This document shows positions 1 through 12,011 of a stretch of DNA of 64,000 bases, one piece after another. Below the pieces are notes generated by a model that saw only the letters and a list, made by a program, of their open reading frames with translations, was not told the DNA's origin and ran no database searches. The stretch covers positions 3,100,001 to 3,164,000 of the forward strand of contig NW_026889760.1 in the NCBI RefSeq assembly GCF_033153115.1, read 5' to 3'. The stretch is from Saccostrea echinata. Its lineage: Eukaryota. Position numbers and translations under genes: made by a program. Every line of letters starts with the position of its first letter. Position 1 is the first letter of the stretch.

Positions 1-122
1 GTTCGAATTTCCTCAAAAATACATTACATAGAAAATATACATTATCCTTTACCCAAGTGCCTAGGGAACTAAATGTAGATTAACCTTTCGAATGAGAAAA
101 TAATCCAATTACAATCCTTTAC

Positions 123-214
123 TGTACAGGAAGAAAAGGAGAGATATGTAGTCTTTTTTGTAACAGATACACTTCAATGAGAATTTTGCTTTCACCATAT
201 ATGGGCGCAGCCAT
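123..214 (-). CDS. Possible first coding exon of a divergently transcribed gene that continues off the left edge (MAAPIYGESKILIEVYLLQKRLHISPFLPV...); weakly mitochondrial-presequence-like
   Basis: Minus-strand AAGATGGCTGCG (YY1-type start context) at 214. Frame is open for 30 codons to a CA|GTAAAG candidate donor. ATG is ~230 bp head-to-head from the SDR gene ATG. No homology recognised. Confidence 0.4.
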
Positions 215-443
215 CTTTTATTTTAAATAACTCCTACGCTACTTGTGTTGGTTTTGGCCTCGCGATATCTTTAATTGGCATAGTATATGAAGTCTTTATG
301 GATAAATTCGGATATGTAAATAATAGATCATCCAGAAACTGAAATTTTTATTAAAAATTGTTCATGAAGAAATTTGTTTTTTATTTACACGAATATTATA
401 AGTACAAGTTACTAAATTTGTTGCCCACATGTGAATCGTGTCC
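215..443. promoter_or_regulatory. Putative bidirectional housekeeping promoter
   Basis: CCTCGCGATA (258-267) resembles the TCTCGCGAGA promoter palindrome. A YY1-like CCATCTT overlaps the minus-strand ATG. Lies between two divergent ATGs. Confidence 0.4.
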
Positions 444-3400
444 ATGGCCTCGGTTGTGTCAAAATTTAAGGTTAGAACATGAAATCCCTTGTAATATAAC
501 AAGATATCAATTTTATAATTTAACCATTACACATTTTTAGTGGTCGATCGATTCCTTTTTTTTTTTGCAAGTCCAATTTTAGGTATAGAAAGGTACAATT
601 TTGTTTCAAATTGGAGACAATTCGAACGTAAAGTGTTGTTTACATTGTACATTTATGTCAATTCGTTTACAGGGTACTGTTTTCCTAATTGCGAATGGTT
701 CTAGAAATCTAGGAAGAATATGTGCAGAAAACTTTGTTCAGAGAGGAGGGAGAGTTGTTTTATGTGACACAGACACAGAAGCAGGAGAAGAAATACAAGA
801 GAGTTTGGGAAGAAATAACTGCTTGTTTTTTACTGCAGATGTAAGTTGAGATGTGGACAGGTTATGATTTAGTGGAAGCCTCCCATTTATATTGGGATAA
901 AGATCAGTTGCATACATAAATGCTGTTTTAATTGATAGGAATTTGTGATATGCGTACTTGTATATTGTAAAGAAAATCAGTATGAGGTAAAATTACTCCC
1001 CCTTTAAGGATGTACAACACACCTACCCCAAAAATTTCCTGTCGTTTAATTTTCGCTATTTTTGTATATCTTATACATGACTATATCTACTATGTGTATG
1101 TACATTTTGGTCAAAATCGTTCAAGCAGAAATTGGACAGGAAGTTCCTAAAGTTACCCCCCTTTGGCTGATCACGAGTACAAAAAAATTTCAACCAACTA
1201 ACTATAAAATCCCTTATTTCAAAATATTTAAGGTTAGCCTAGCTGTCAAAATTTGCCGAATCGTTCGTTTAACTATTAAACACACAAACAAAGTGAATTT
1301 GTAGAGGTACATTTCCAGAAAAACGATTTTGAAGAATCTAAACCTAAAAACTATGGTTCATTTTTGCATTGAAAAATGCATGATTTTCAAATGAAATATT
1401 TTTTAATGAAAAAATCTGTCGTTTAATTTTGAAAAAAATAATTACTTCTTGTAACTGATGATCAAAATGTTCTTGATAATTTTTTGAAATTTTTTTAAGC
1501 AACGTGTTTTGAATTTATAGCGGAAAAGCTCTCCTCCCCCTCTCTCCGTAAGTTACGTTTCTCACAGCGTCTGAGACTTGGAACGAAAGCAATGCTATGA
1601 ATCTACAAATACAGATAAAAATTCCTAGCTGGAAAATATCTTTTACTTAATAAATGTAATGTACATTATATTTATCACAAATATATAACTTTACATCTGC
1701 ATTTAAATGAAGATGAGTAAGCAATTTCTGAAATTTTAAGACCCCCCCCCCCCCCCTCCATTATTCTCTGCAATGCAGGACATTCGAGCTTGAAAAAAAA
1801 CAAACATCGGTTACGTCTGCATAATATATATAATTGCATATTGAACTCCCAAAGTAATGTCCTTCATTCGTGTATACAGATTAAATATTGACTACTAGTA
1901 TTTTTTGTTATTCTAAATATTATTTTTTTTATATTTATATTTAGTAAAAATCTAAGGATTTTATGACCACGTGTCCGGTTTGGCGTTCATGCACACAGGT
2001 GCAGTTTCAAACCTTTATATGACTTCTACTTGCATTGAATATTATTTTTTAAGTGAACCAACAGTGGTGTATGTAGGTACAACTCTCTTGTGATGAAAAT
2101 GGAATATATGTACGTGTAGGTTTTTAATTATTTCTGTTTTCAAACGAGAGGGTGATACCCCCCCCCCCCCCCCCCCCCCTATTGTATCCTTCTATTGTTT
2201 CAATAAATGGAAATGATGTTTTCGTCCATATTAACTTCAATTTTACCAAATTGTAAATTATTTATCAATATTAAAATTATTCGTGTGCCTGAATCATCTA
2301 CAATGGTATCATCTACATTGGTATCAATCGTTTTTTTTTTTTTATTCAAGGAAATGCGATCTAAAACTATTTTCAGAAAAAGATTTTCTCAGTGGGGTGC
2401 AACCGTTGTTTTAATTTCAATAAATAATTTTTCACTGTTGATACTTACTTTAATTTGTATAAACTTTGGCTTTCAGTTCTTGTGTTCCTTGCAACACACT
2501 GTAAATGTATTTGTGTATTTGTGAGGGGAAAAAACCATAATTCTTCAGAAAACAGGAGGAATAACTCAGCTAAGGGGAGGAAAGACATACACCGCTACAT
2601 TTTTAGAGTTGTTTTTCTTTGATCAGTGACCTTCTGAAAACGGTTACTCTTTTTCATTTTTTTTTTTCAAAGAAAAGAAAAGCAAGAAAATGTTTATTTT
2701 CGTAATATGATAATATTTAGACATACCGGTAATATTTTTTTCTCAGTGTTATGCGGCTGATTGTAAGGGGACAAAGCAATGTAGAGTAGCATTAACATTT
2801 TTGATTAAAACATTACCTTTGTGTATATCATAAATACAATATTAAAGAATTAATTAACTAAATTTAAATTAAAGAAGGAATGTACTGTCTTTTTTTCTTT
2901 TTTATGGAGGAGGGGATTTATTGCAATTGCGCAAATGATCAAGGATAGGATTTGGTATTCCTAAAGAAACCACAATAAAAACCTCTATTCTTTTTTTTTT
3001 ACATTAATTACATCGGGATCGTATCGCTCGTCATTTTGATGCTTCATAATTAACGTCAAATTAACGTTATGTTAAACGTTTTATTGAAATCCCAAGAGTT
3101 ATCTCCCCCAGTGTGTTGTACGTCTTTAAGCTAGAAAATGCTTGGTTTATAAAGAGAGAATTTTTATGTTATGGCATACATGTACTTTCGATATAATTGT
3201 GATTTATTATGCACTTCTTTTAGCTAACAAAAGAAGAAGATGTTGAGAAGGCAATAAATTTGACGGAAGAGAAGTTTGGAAAACTTGATGTTACGATCAA
3301 TTGCCCGAGTTATGCAAGGACTAGCAAAATTCATATCAAATCTCAGATAGAGAGAGAAAATTCACATGAAAACACGCAAACTGAAACCAGGGGAGAAAAG

Positions 3401-5199
3401 TTAACAGAGGAGTTTATGGAGAAACTTTTAAGGGTTTGTATCAAAACAATTTATCAATATGAATCATTACAGCCCAATCACATGTATTTTATGATTAAAA
3501 TATATATATTAGTGCATGCCGTCTAAGTAAATGCAAGAGAATATTTTCTAATATCATGTAGATTAAAATGTATTTGTAAGATGTAACTATCTAGGTTTTA
3601 TTGGAGCACACAGTAAATGCATAAATGGCTTCATTGTTCATGCAAATTACTAATTAGCTGCATAGTAATTTCTGAGATAATTTACTCATTTAATTCAGTA
3701 CATGGTTACTCGTAATTTACTGCAAGTACTATGATATTCATCCCCCATTAAAATTTTTTCATGTTTTCCATGAAGTTGATTACATTTTTTGCAGGAAAAT
3801 TTGACCAGCACATTTAATGTATGTAGGCTAAGTGCTGGACTGATGTCTAAAAATGAACCTGACTCAAATGGACAAAGAGGGGTAATCATCAACAAGTCTC
3901 ACACTTTAGGATTTGGAAGTTCCCTAGTTCCTTACACCATGTCCCAGGCTGCGATAATTGGAATGACACTTCCAATGGCCAGGGATTTTAACGATCTGGG
4001 TATAAGAGTCAACAGTATTGCAACAGGTGACTTCAGTTTAAGTAGTTGAATTTTATTTTTAGGGGTGAAACGGTTCACTGTGGTATCCATTCACCACATT
4101 ATTTTTTTTTCTGGGTTTGATACATGGTAAAAATTCTCCATTTTCGGTTTGGTTCATATTTTGGTCAGGATCATTATGCAGTCGGGTTTGGTATAAGTAA
4201 ACCCATGCTACTCGGCATAATTTAATTTTTAAAATGTAAATTTTTTAGGACTGGTAGTTTGTAAAATAATCTTTAACAGTCAGATCATTCTAATCAATTT
4301 CTTCCAGTCAGTTTGCACTTAGATTTAGTGACAGGATTTATTGAAACAAAACATAAAACAATGTTGAAATTTTTTCTATCAAAATATATCATATCGAAAA
4401 TAACCGTACCAACACAAAATTATACAATATGTATCATATCGTGAAGGAGGCGTATCGTTTCATCCCTATTTATTTTAGTATTTTGGCCAGACAGCTATCT
4501 GGATTGTAGAGTAACAAAATTTCACCAACCTTGACTAGTTCATTCCTATTATCACCTTTCATCCGTGGGTAAATCAATCATTGTAAGATCATTTAATGTC
4601 ATCTTTAGAAGGAGTTTTGCTCCTTTTGTCTTGAAATGACATTTGTTTTTCAAGTACAAACATGCCAAGGCTTTCAATGAGGAGAGGCAAGAGGTGATTT
4701 TTCATCGTTTCAATGATCAGAATTCTCTGCTTCAAATTTCATAATTGGCAAAATTATTGGAAATAGTTCTAAAAAAGCCTCTTAAAAGGAATAAATTCAC
4801 CTTTTCATTTCGATATTATTGAAACCCCTTGAAAGCCTGCATGCTGTTACATTAATTTTTCAATCATAAAGAAAATGTTAAAAATGTCAAGTAATACTTC
4901 CATATTTCTGTCATATAGGCCTAGGATTAAGCATAAGATATACCTTTTCAAAATGATTTAATATTGGATAAAAATGAATAGAATTTCTTTCGTTTTTGTT
5001 TACAGGGTTTTTAGACTACCAAATACCAGAGGGATGGCCTAAGAAAAGAGAGCGAAAGTTTTGTAGTTTAATGGCATTTCCTCATAAACTTGGTTCATCA
5101 CAAACATTCTACCATCTTTGTGAGAAAATAATTGACAATCCATATGTGAATGGAGAAGTTATCAAACTAGATGCAGGGGTGCAAGCAGTGATACTGTGA
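444..5199 (+). CDS. HSD17B10/SDR5C1 (3-hydroxyacyl-CoA dehydrogenase type 2, MRPP2)-like SDR, 276 aa, divergent with a degenerate active site
   Basis: Exons 444-470, 673-840, 3224-3433, 3795-4026, 5006-5199 are all GT-AG and phase-compatible. Family signatures: MASVVSKFK|GTVFLI, LG.NNC.F..AD, KFGKLDV..NC, NEPDSNGQRGVIIN, GMTLPMARD, GIRVNSIA, FP.KLG, IIDNPYVNGEVIKLD. Confidence 0.9.
1008..3125. mobile_element. Non-autonomous Kolobok-like DNA transposon in intron 2
   Basis: TTAA on both sides (1004-1007, 3126-3129). Imperfect TIR GGATGTACAACACAC / GTGTGTTGTACGTCT with purine-purine termini. Confidence 0.7.
4060..4468. mobile_element. hAT-type MITE
   Basis: TIR TAGGGGTGAAACG / CGTTTCATCCCTA. 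Perfect 8-bp TSD TTTATTTT (4052-4059, 4469-4476). Confidence 0.8.
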
Positions 5200-6006
5200 T
5201 AAAAAATATTCAGTCAATACACATTTCTTAATATTCAGATATATAGCTGAAATACCTGTATGGTTAGACTAAACGTTTGCTCTGGATATCAAAGTTTTGA
5301 GGAGTTTTCAGGAAGCCATGCAGGTTTGCATTATATGATTTGCCGTCATGCTATGAACTCTACATCATTGCTAACACAAAAGAAGTTATAGTGTAGGAAA
5401 AAGAAAGCAGATATGGTCCATCCCAGATATACATTTACTTGTAATTTGAAAGATGAGAGCACTACACTCTATATTATGAATTCTGAATGATAAATGGTAC
5501 ATGAAATGCATAGAGTTTTAATAAAAAAAAAAAGAAAGATCTGTTTTAAGAATGTAATCATATTTTAAGAAAAGAATAATAAATGAATTGTTTATTAATA
5601 CATGCAGTTATAATGTTAGCTTACTTAATCAGAATTTTAAGCAGTCATTATATTTTGCAATTCATTTAAAAACATTAAGTTGTGAATAAGTATGGAAAAA
5701 ACATTATCACACAGACGTGTCTATTGTGTATTCTTCCTTATTGGTACAGTGTAGTAGTTCAAAGGTAGACTAGAGTATAATTTTTTTAGGGAGTTCATTC
5801 TATATACCCAGTTATTTTTGCACAGGCATCTAACATATGGATTGTGTAACCCCTCCCTCCCAGTAATTTATAAAAAAAATTCATTTTTATCCTATATAGC
5901 ATATAATATCAACAGTGTGATATTTTCATTTTTGTTCCTTTATGGATATACATGCAGAGGGACAATCTCTGAAACTTAATAAAATGAGAACTAGTATCAG
6001 ATATAA

Positions 6007-6474
6007 AACAAGCATTCTGAGAGTATTGCATGAGCAATACTAGTCCCCTACCGGCAAGTGTAATCTGGTTCTGTTCCCGTTAAGAATTGAAAATGCCATA
6101 ATTCCGTCAAAAATTAATGAAGCGGGACGAAATGCAAACTTGATCTATAACTAATCAAGGTAAAGCCACATACCAAAAATCAGCTCAATATCTACAAGCG
6201 TTTAGAAGAAAATTGCGGAAAACCCGTAAAAATTGAAAAGGCCGTCATTCCGTCAAAAATCAATGAAGCGGAACGAAATGCAAACTTGATCTGTAACTCA
6301 TCAAGATACACTCACACACCAAAAATCAGCTCAATATCTGCAAGCGTTTAGGAAAAAAGTGCGGAAAACCAAGTGGGACAGACAGAGGGACAGACAGACA
6401 GACGGACAGACAGACGGACGGACAGACTCAGAGGAAACCTATAGTCCCCTCCGGTTTCACCGGTAGGGGACTAA
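6007..6474 (+). mobile_element. Helentron-associated non-autonomous element (HINE/CvA-like), copy 1
   Basis: 5' box with TAGTCCCCTACCGG, two ~120-bp internal repeats, GACA/GACG microsatellite and 3' hairpin TAGTCCCCTCCGG...CCGGTAGGGGACTA. Near-identical to copies at 8127 and 8814. Confidence 0.85.
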
Positions 6475-8126
6475 TAATTTAGGCATGATATTCTAGGAGT
6501 TCATATATTTTTGATACATTATTAATTATGTCTTAAAAATATCCCAGATTTGGGGGAAGGGGGGTTACACTATCCACACATCAGCTCATTCAAGGAGGGA
6601 GGATCCTGCTTTCAAAAGTCTTAAAACAAAAAATGGGGGCCAATACAATTCTTTTGACACTACAGAATATTTAATATGACCTTTTTGCACTGAAATTGTG
6701 TCTTAGACATAAATCACTTCGTAGTTTTTCCTGTAATATAAATTTATCCAAATAAAATGGGACCAAATATACTCTTATTCTATCTTGAAAGGACACATTA
6801 AAAATTGTAAGAAAGAAAAGGTTTCAAATTACTTCGCAGAATGATCAAAGTTATCTCATATATTCAGAAAAGAAAATCAAAAGTGGGGGTCTATGACATA
6901 CATTTTTAGATATTACTGAAAAAGTGTTAATTTTAAGTTAAAACTGGCCCTAATATTTCGTGGATTTTCATAATATACTTACTATATTTGTCACACTATG
7001 ATGATAGAATTCATAAAAGTTAATTGAATAAATATTGAAGGACCAGCATAAAACATTTCACTGCACAAAATAACTCTGTGTGCAACGTGCATGGGAAAAT
7101 AGGAATCCAAACTTAACAGTGCTGTAAATACTTTGAAGGAGAAAAATTGATCATTTTCTTCTAAAATACCTTCCATCAAATATAGTTCCTCAATTAATGA
7201 TTTTTATATGGAATTTATTCGTGGGTTTTTAATTGACTATAGTTTAATTTGCATTTTAGAATCCAAAATTAATGCAAGAACTAAAATATGATGCAGATTT
7301 TTAGGAATAAAGGTCCAGACAAAAATCTGCTCAAAAGATCAGGATCGAACCTCTTTAAGTATGTTAATGAACAAAACAAAATTAATTAATTGACCAAGGC
7401 TGATCACTTCTACTTAATGTGTACTTAAGAAATCTCTATACACTGCACATAATTCTAATTTCATGGTACTTGTAAGTAGCTAAAGTGATCTGCCCTTTGA
7501 TTTAAAAATCTAGTGTAGTACACAGTTGTGATCCATTCGAGTAATTCAAGGTAGTCCGATCCTCAGGTTCTGAAAATCAGCCTTTCAGTAATTGAAAATG
7601 CTCACAAAAATGTCTCTGATATGATTTCACATAGTAACGTGAATTTACCCATGGTATTTCTTCAAAGTTCATCATTATAGTTATATAATCATATTATATA
7701 GGGAAATTATCAAATCTCAAATATATTTTCAGGAAATGCGAATAAAAACACCAGCTAAGCATTTTCTAGTTGAAAATTGATCAACAAATATAATTCAGGA
7801 TAAAAAAGAATATAGGTATCCAGGCATTTGGAGGAAATTGCATCGTTTTGTTTTGCTTTTTTTTCTCGCTTATATACAGTACATGCATTTAAGATCTTCT
7901 CTTTGTTATATAATACATAGTGTAAAAAGCTTGTGTTATCATTGCATGACATCACATATTACGTCTAATTCCATATCTTGCTAATACAGGCCACCAATCG
8001 CTCTAACTCATATCCGAATGATATGAAAAGGTTTTCGTTAGCGGGACTTCCGGATATGCGTTGGAGGGACTTTTTATCTTCGCCTCGGCGGTAAGTTGAG
8101 CTCTTTTTCTTGTATTTTAACCCTTT

Positions 8127-8196
8127 TTAGTCCCCTACCGGTGAAACCGGAGGGGACTATAGGTTTCCTCTGAGTCTGTCCGTCCGTCTGTCCGTC

Positions 8197-8231
<35 letters not shown>

Positions 8232-8642
8232 CTGTCTGTCTGTCTGTCCCTCTGTCTGTCTGTCAGTCTGTCCCACTTGGTTTTCCGCACTTTTTTCCTA
8301 AACGCTTGCAGATATTGAGCTGATTTTTGGTATGTGAGTGTATCTTGATGAGTTACAGATCAAGTTTGCATTTCGTTCCGCTTCATTGATTCTTGACGGA
8401 ATTACGGCCTTTTCAATTTTTTCGGGTTTTCCACAATTTTCTTCTAAACGCTTGTAGATATTGAGCTGATTTTTGGTATGTGGCTTTACCTTGATTAGTT
8501 ACAGATCAAGTTTGCATTTCGTCCCGCTTCATTAATTTTTGACGGAATTATGGCATTTTCATTTCTTAACGGGAACGGAACCAGATTACACTTGCTGGTA
8601 GGGGACTAGTATTGCTAATGCAATACTCTCAGAATGCTTGTT
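8127..8642 (-). mobile_element. HINE copy 2, inserted into the left TIR of the 7987-13730 element
   Basis: Reverse complement of 6007-6474. The empty site (T-run) is visible in the right TIR at ~13585-13595. Confidence 0.85.
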
Positions 8643-8813
8643 TACAAAACAAAGAATGTGATTCGACCCGTTTTATTGAGTTGTTGCTTCGTTATGAACT
8701 GTTTGGGCTGAATTCTGTGTTGTAATGACGCTAGAAAGTTTATTCTGCAAGTTTCGTCAAACAAATCTAACCCGGCGGTACCCGTCGTGTCTGCGATCAA
8801 CTAAAACAAAGCT

Positions 8814-9281
8814 AACAAGCATTCTGAGAGTATTGCATTAGCAATACTAGTCCCCTACCGGCAAGTGTAATCTGGTTCTGTTCCCGTTAAGAATTGAAAA
8901 TGCCATAATTCCGACAAGAATTAATGAAGCGGGACGAAATGCAAACTTGATCTGTAACTAATCAAGGTAAAGCCACATACCAAAAATCAGCTCAATATCT
9001 ACAAGCGTTTAGAAGAAAATTGCGGAAAACCCGTAAAAATTGAAAAGACCGTAATTCCGTCAAAAATCAATGAAGCGGAACGAAATGCAAACTTGATCTG
9101 TAACTCATCAAGATACACTCGCATACCAAAAATCAGCTCAATATCTGCAAGCGTTTAGGAAAAAAGTGCGGAAAACCAAGTGGGACAGACTGACAGACAG
9201 ACAGAGGGACAGACAGACAGACGGACGGACAGACTCAGAGGAAACCTATAGTCCCCTCCGGTTTCACCGGTAGGGGACTAA
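8814..9281 (+). mobile_element. HINE copy 3, inserted into the left TIR of the 7987-13730 element
   Basis: Same family as 6007-6474. The empty site CGCTTATTAGCTTTG is in the right TIR at ~13408-13422. Confidence 0.85.
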
Positions 9282-10454
9282 TAAGCGATTGTGATACATT
9301 TTATTTATGTCAATTTGTCCCTAAAGGATCGTTAAACACTTTGACATAACATAGGCTGTCCTTTTTTTGATTTAAGCGATAGCTATGAATGAAAAAAAAA
9401 ACATGATATGAGTTAGCGGAACCAGATATGAGTTAGCGGTACATGATATGAGTTAGAGAAGCAAAATAGAATGCTAGATAATTTACTATTATGTTCAACT
9501 ATACCACACACGAATTTGAATAAAGCCATATTTCAGGTATTATGATTTCACTATCATTCTAAATTTAAATTGGATACATTGGTTGTCACCATGGAAAAGG
9601 GGGGGGGGGGTGTAAATGTATCTAAAATATTTCTTGTTTCAGGTTATTAATTGTCGGTCATCGAGGCTATTTTTTCATTGTCATTTGGCTATTGCCATGT
9701 TTGGACTGAATCAGTTAAAATACAGCGATTTCTTATTCTGCTGAACATTAGAATTCATCTAATTTCAGGTTTCAATATGGGCCTTTTCAAAGGCAAACGC
9801 AGAAAAGGGATAGCCATATCACGATCGAGTAAAAGTTTCCTCGTATTATAACAGAAAACGGTCATTAATTGACCGATCACCATTGAAATCACCGGCTGCA
9901 AAGAAGTGCATGCTTTCTCCTAAATCATCAACCCTCTTTAAAAGTCCGAGGAGTAAACTGTCTCTAAAGTACGCGGGGGGGGGGGGGGGGGCTTTTTCTG
10001 AAAATAGTCTTCTACTGTAATTTTAGCACGTAAATTTTAATTAAGGTGCTACTTGCCCATCCCCCCCCCCCCCATTTTTTCTTGCTATATGATCATTCAT
10101 ACAGCATTTGAAACATAAAGATAACATCATAATTAAAAAAAAAAATAGAAAAATGAGAATATGAAGCTTTTAAATATGTATGGTTCCCTGTTGCATGGAG
10201 TACCTCATACAGAAATCTGTACTCGACTGTTTTAGACATGCCCACATGTTCACTAAATGTATATTTATGCTTTTCTTCAGGTCTTATGCTTTATACTGGC
10301 AATATTTTGGTAATCAAGCACTGCTGAAAAAAATTAACATTCGAAATATGCATACCTATATAGAGCATCAAAATTGGTAAACTGCTGAGAAATGTAATAA
10401 AATTTATTTTGTGATAGGGATTAAGCTATGGTGAATATTTCTGCCCCCCCCCCT

Positions 10455-10700
10455 CAACTTGTCAGATAGCTACATCAATTTGTCAGATCTTTTCGTTAGC
10501 TTGTCACTTATTCACGAGTTTAAAATCAATATGAAAATGTGTCCATGCTTAATTCAGGCCGTCAGGTGACAAAATATTTTTCTGGTAAGTGGACATAGTA
10601 TCTGACAAGTCAACATAAGATCTGATATGTCGATATATTATCTGACAAGTCGAAATAATTTTCTGAAAAGTCGATATAATATTCTACAAGTCAACATCAT
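10455..10700. repeat. ~20-21-bp minisatellite (TCTGACAAGTCGACATAATA-like) with inverted units upstream
   Basis: About 6 degenerate tandem units at 10580-10700 and inverted CTTGTCAGA units at 10455-10510. Confidence 0.55.
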
Positions 10701-11327
10701 TATCATTAAGACATTTTTCCTAAACCTGTTTGATTAATATTCAAAGTGAAGATTGGTGTTTCGAAGGCATTATTTTTTTTTTCCAGAGACCACTTCTTTG
10801 ACAGCAGAGAAAAAGATAGAAAAATGCGGCGCCTAGAAAAACCATGAATGAACCTACAAGAGGAGACTTACCGATACGAAGCTGACATGGATATAAAGTA
10901 AATGAAGCAAAGATACACCCTTCCAAAAGACTTGGCATTAAATTGGACACATTTTGATTGCTATTGTTACCAGTACACTATGATTCAATAATTTGAGTAA
11001 TATACACGTTTTGTGTTGTATTGCAAAAACTAAAATAAAGTAAAACACATTGTTTATGTATTTATTCAAATATTTTCAAATATTTTCTCTCCCTGAGATA
11101 TTTGATGTACAAAAAATAAACTTGAAAATAAAATATGGAAAGTTAAAACAGAATTTTTTAGAAACAATCACTTACAAACTCTCTGTCGGTCGATCGATTG
11201 ATCGATACATGTAAATGAAAGATAAATCAAACATAAATGAAAGTCTTTTCAACATGCATGTACATAAAAATCAATAACAAAACTAAAATAATAATAATAA
11301 AAAAAAACAATATCAGAGGTAATCATT

Positions 11328-11882
11328 TTACACGTGATGAGCCTTTGAGTGACGACTGAGTGCAGCTGGATATTTGTTAACATTTTCCACACATCTCGCA
11401 CACGTACATGCGGCCTTGGCGAGCACTTTTTATATGTAATTTCATTGCTCTTTTTGTTGAAAATGTTGCATCACAAGTATCGCACTTGGACAGGTTAAAG
11501 GATTCTCCATCTGCACTGTTACTGCACCTTCGTTTGTGTTCATTTAAGCTATGTTCAAACGAGTATTTTTTGTTGCATTTATTACAATGCAAATTGAAAA
11601 TGTTATGTTTTGATCTTCTGTGGCCTTTTAGTTGATATGCCGTTGTACAAGCGAAGTCGCATTTGTTACATTTAAACTTCTTTTCTCCCAAATGAGTACT
11701 CAATTAGTGTCGATGTTTGCTGTTTTTCAGCGTGAACGTTTTCTCACAGTACAGACATTTGTATTAGAACTGCTTTCTGACCCAAATGTAATGTCTTTCT
11801 ATGATAGGCAAGTTTCCCTGCTTGAGTATATTTAGCGGTACACTGTTTACAATGATAATATTTTCTCGCCATCTTTCATCAA
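11328..11882 (-). pseudogene. Multi-C2H2 zinc-finger pseudogene (at least 6 fingers); 5' part runs into the N gap
   Basis: Reconstructed fingers: CKQC..YHRKTLH, CLYC..HRH*LSTH, CNKC..HRRSKH, CNKC..HKRRC, CDTC..HIKSAR, CEMC..(frameshift)KYPAALSRHSKAHH. Contains in-frame stops and frameshifts. Confidence 0.85.
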
Positions 11883-12011
11883 NNNNNNNNNNNNNNNNNN
11901 NNNNNNNNNNNNNNNNNNNNNNNNNNNNNNNNNNNNNNNNNNNNNNNNNNNNNNNNNNNNNNNNNNNNNNNNNNNNNNNNNNNNNNNNNNNNNNNNNNNN
12001 NNNNNNNNNNN
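11883..12011. other. Assembly gap (129 N)
   Basis: Run of N in the sequence. Confidence 1.
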
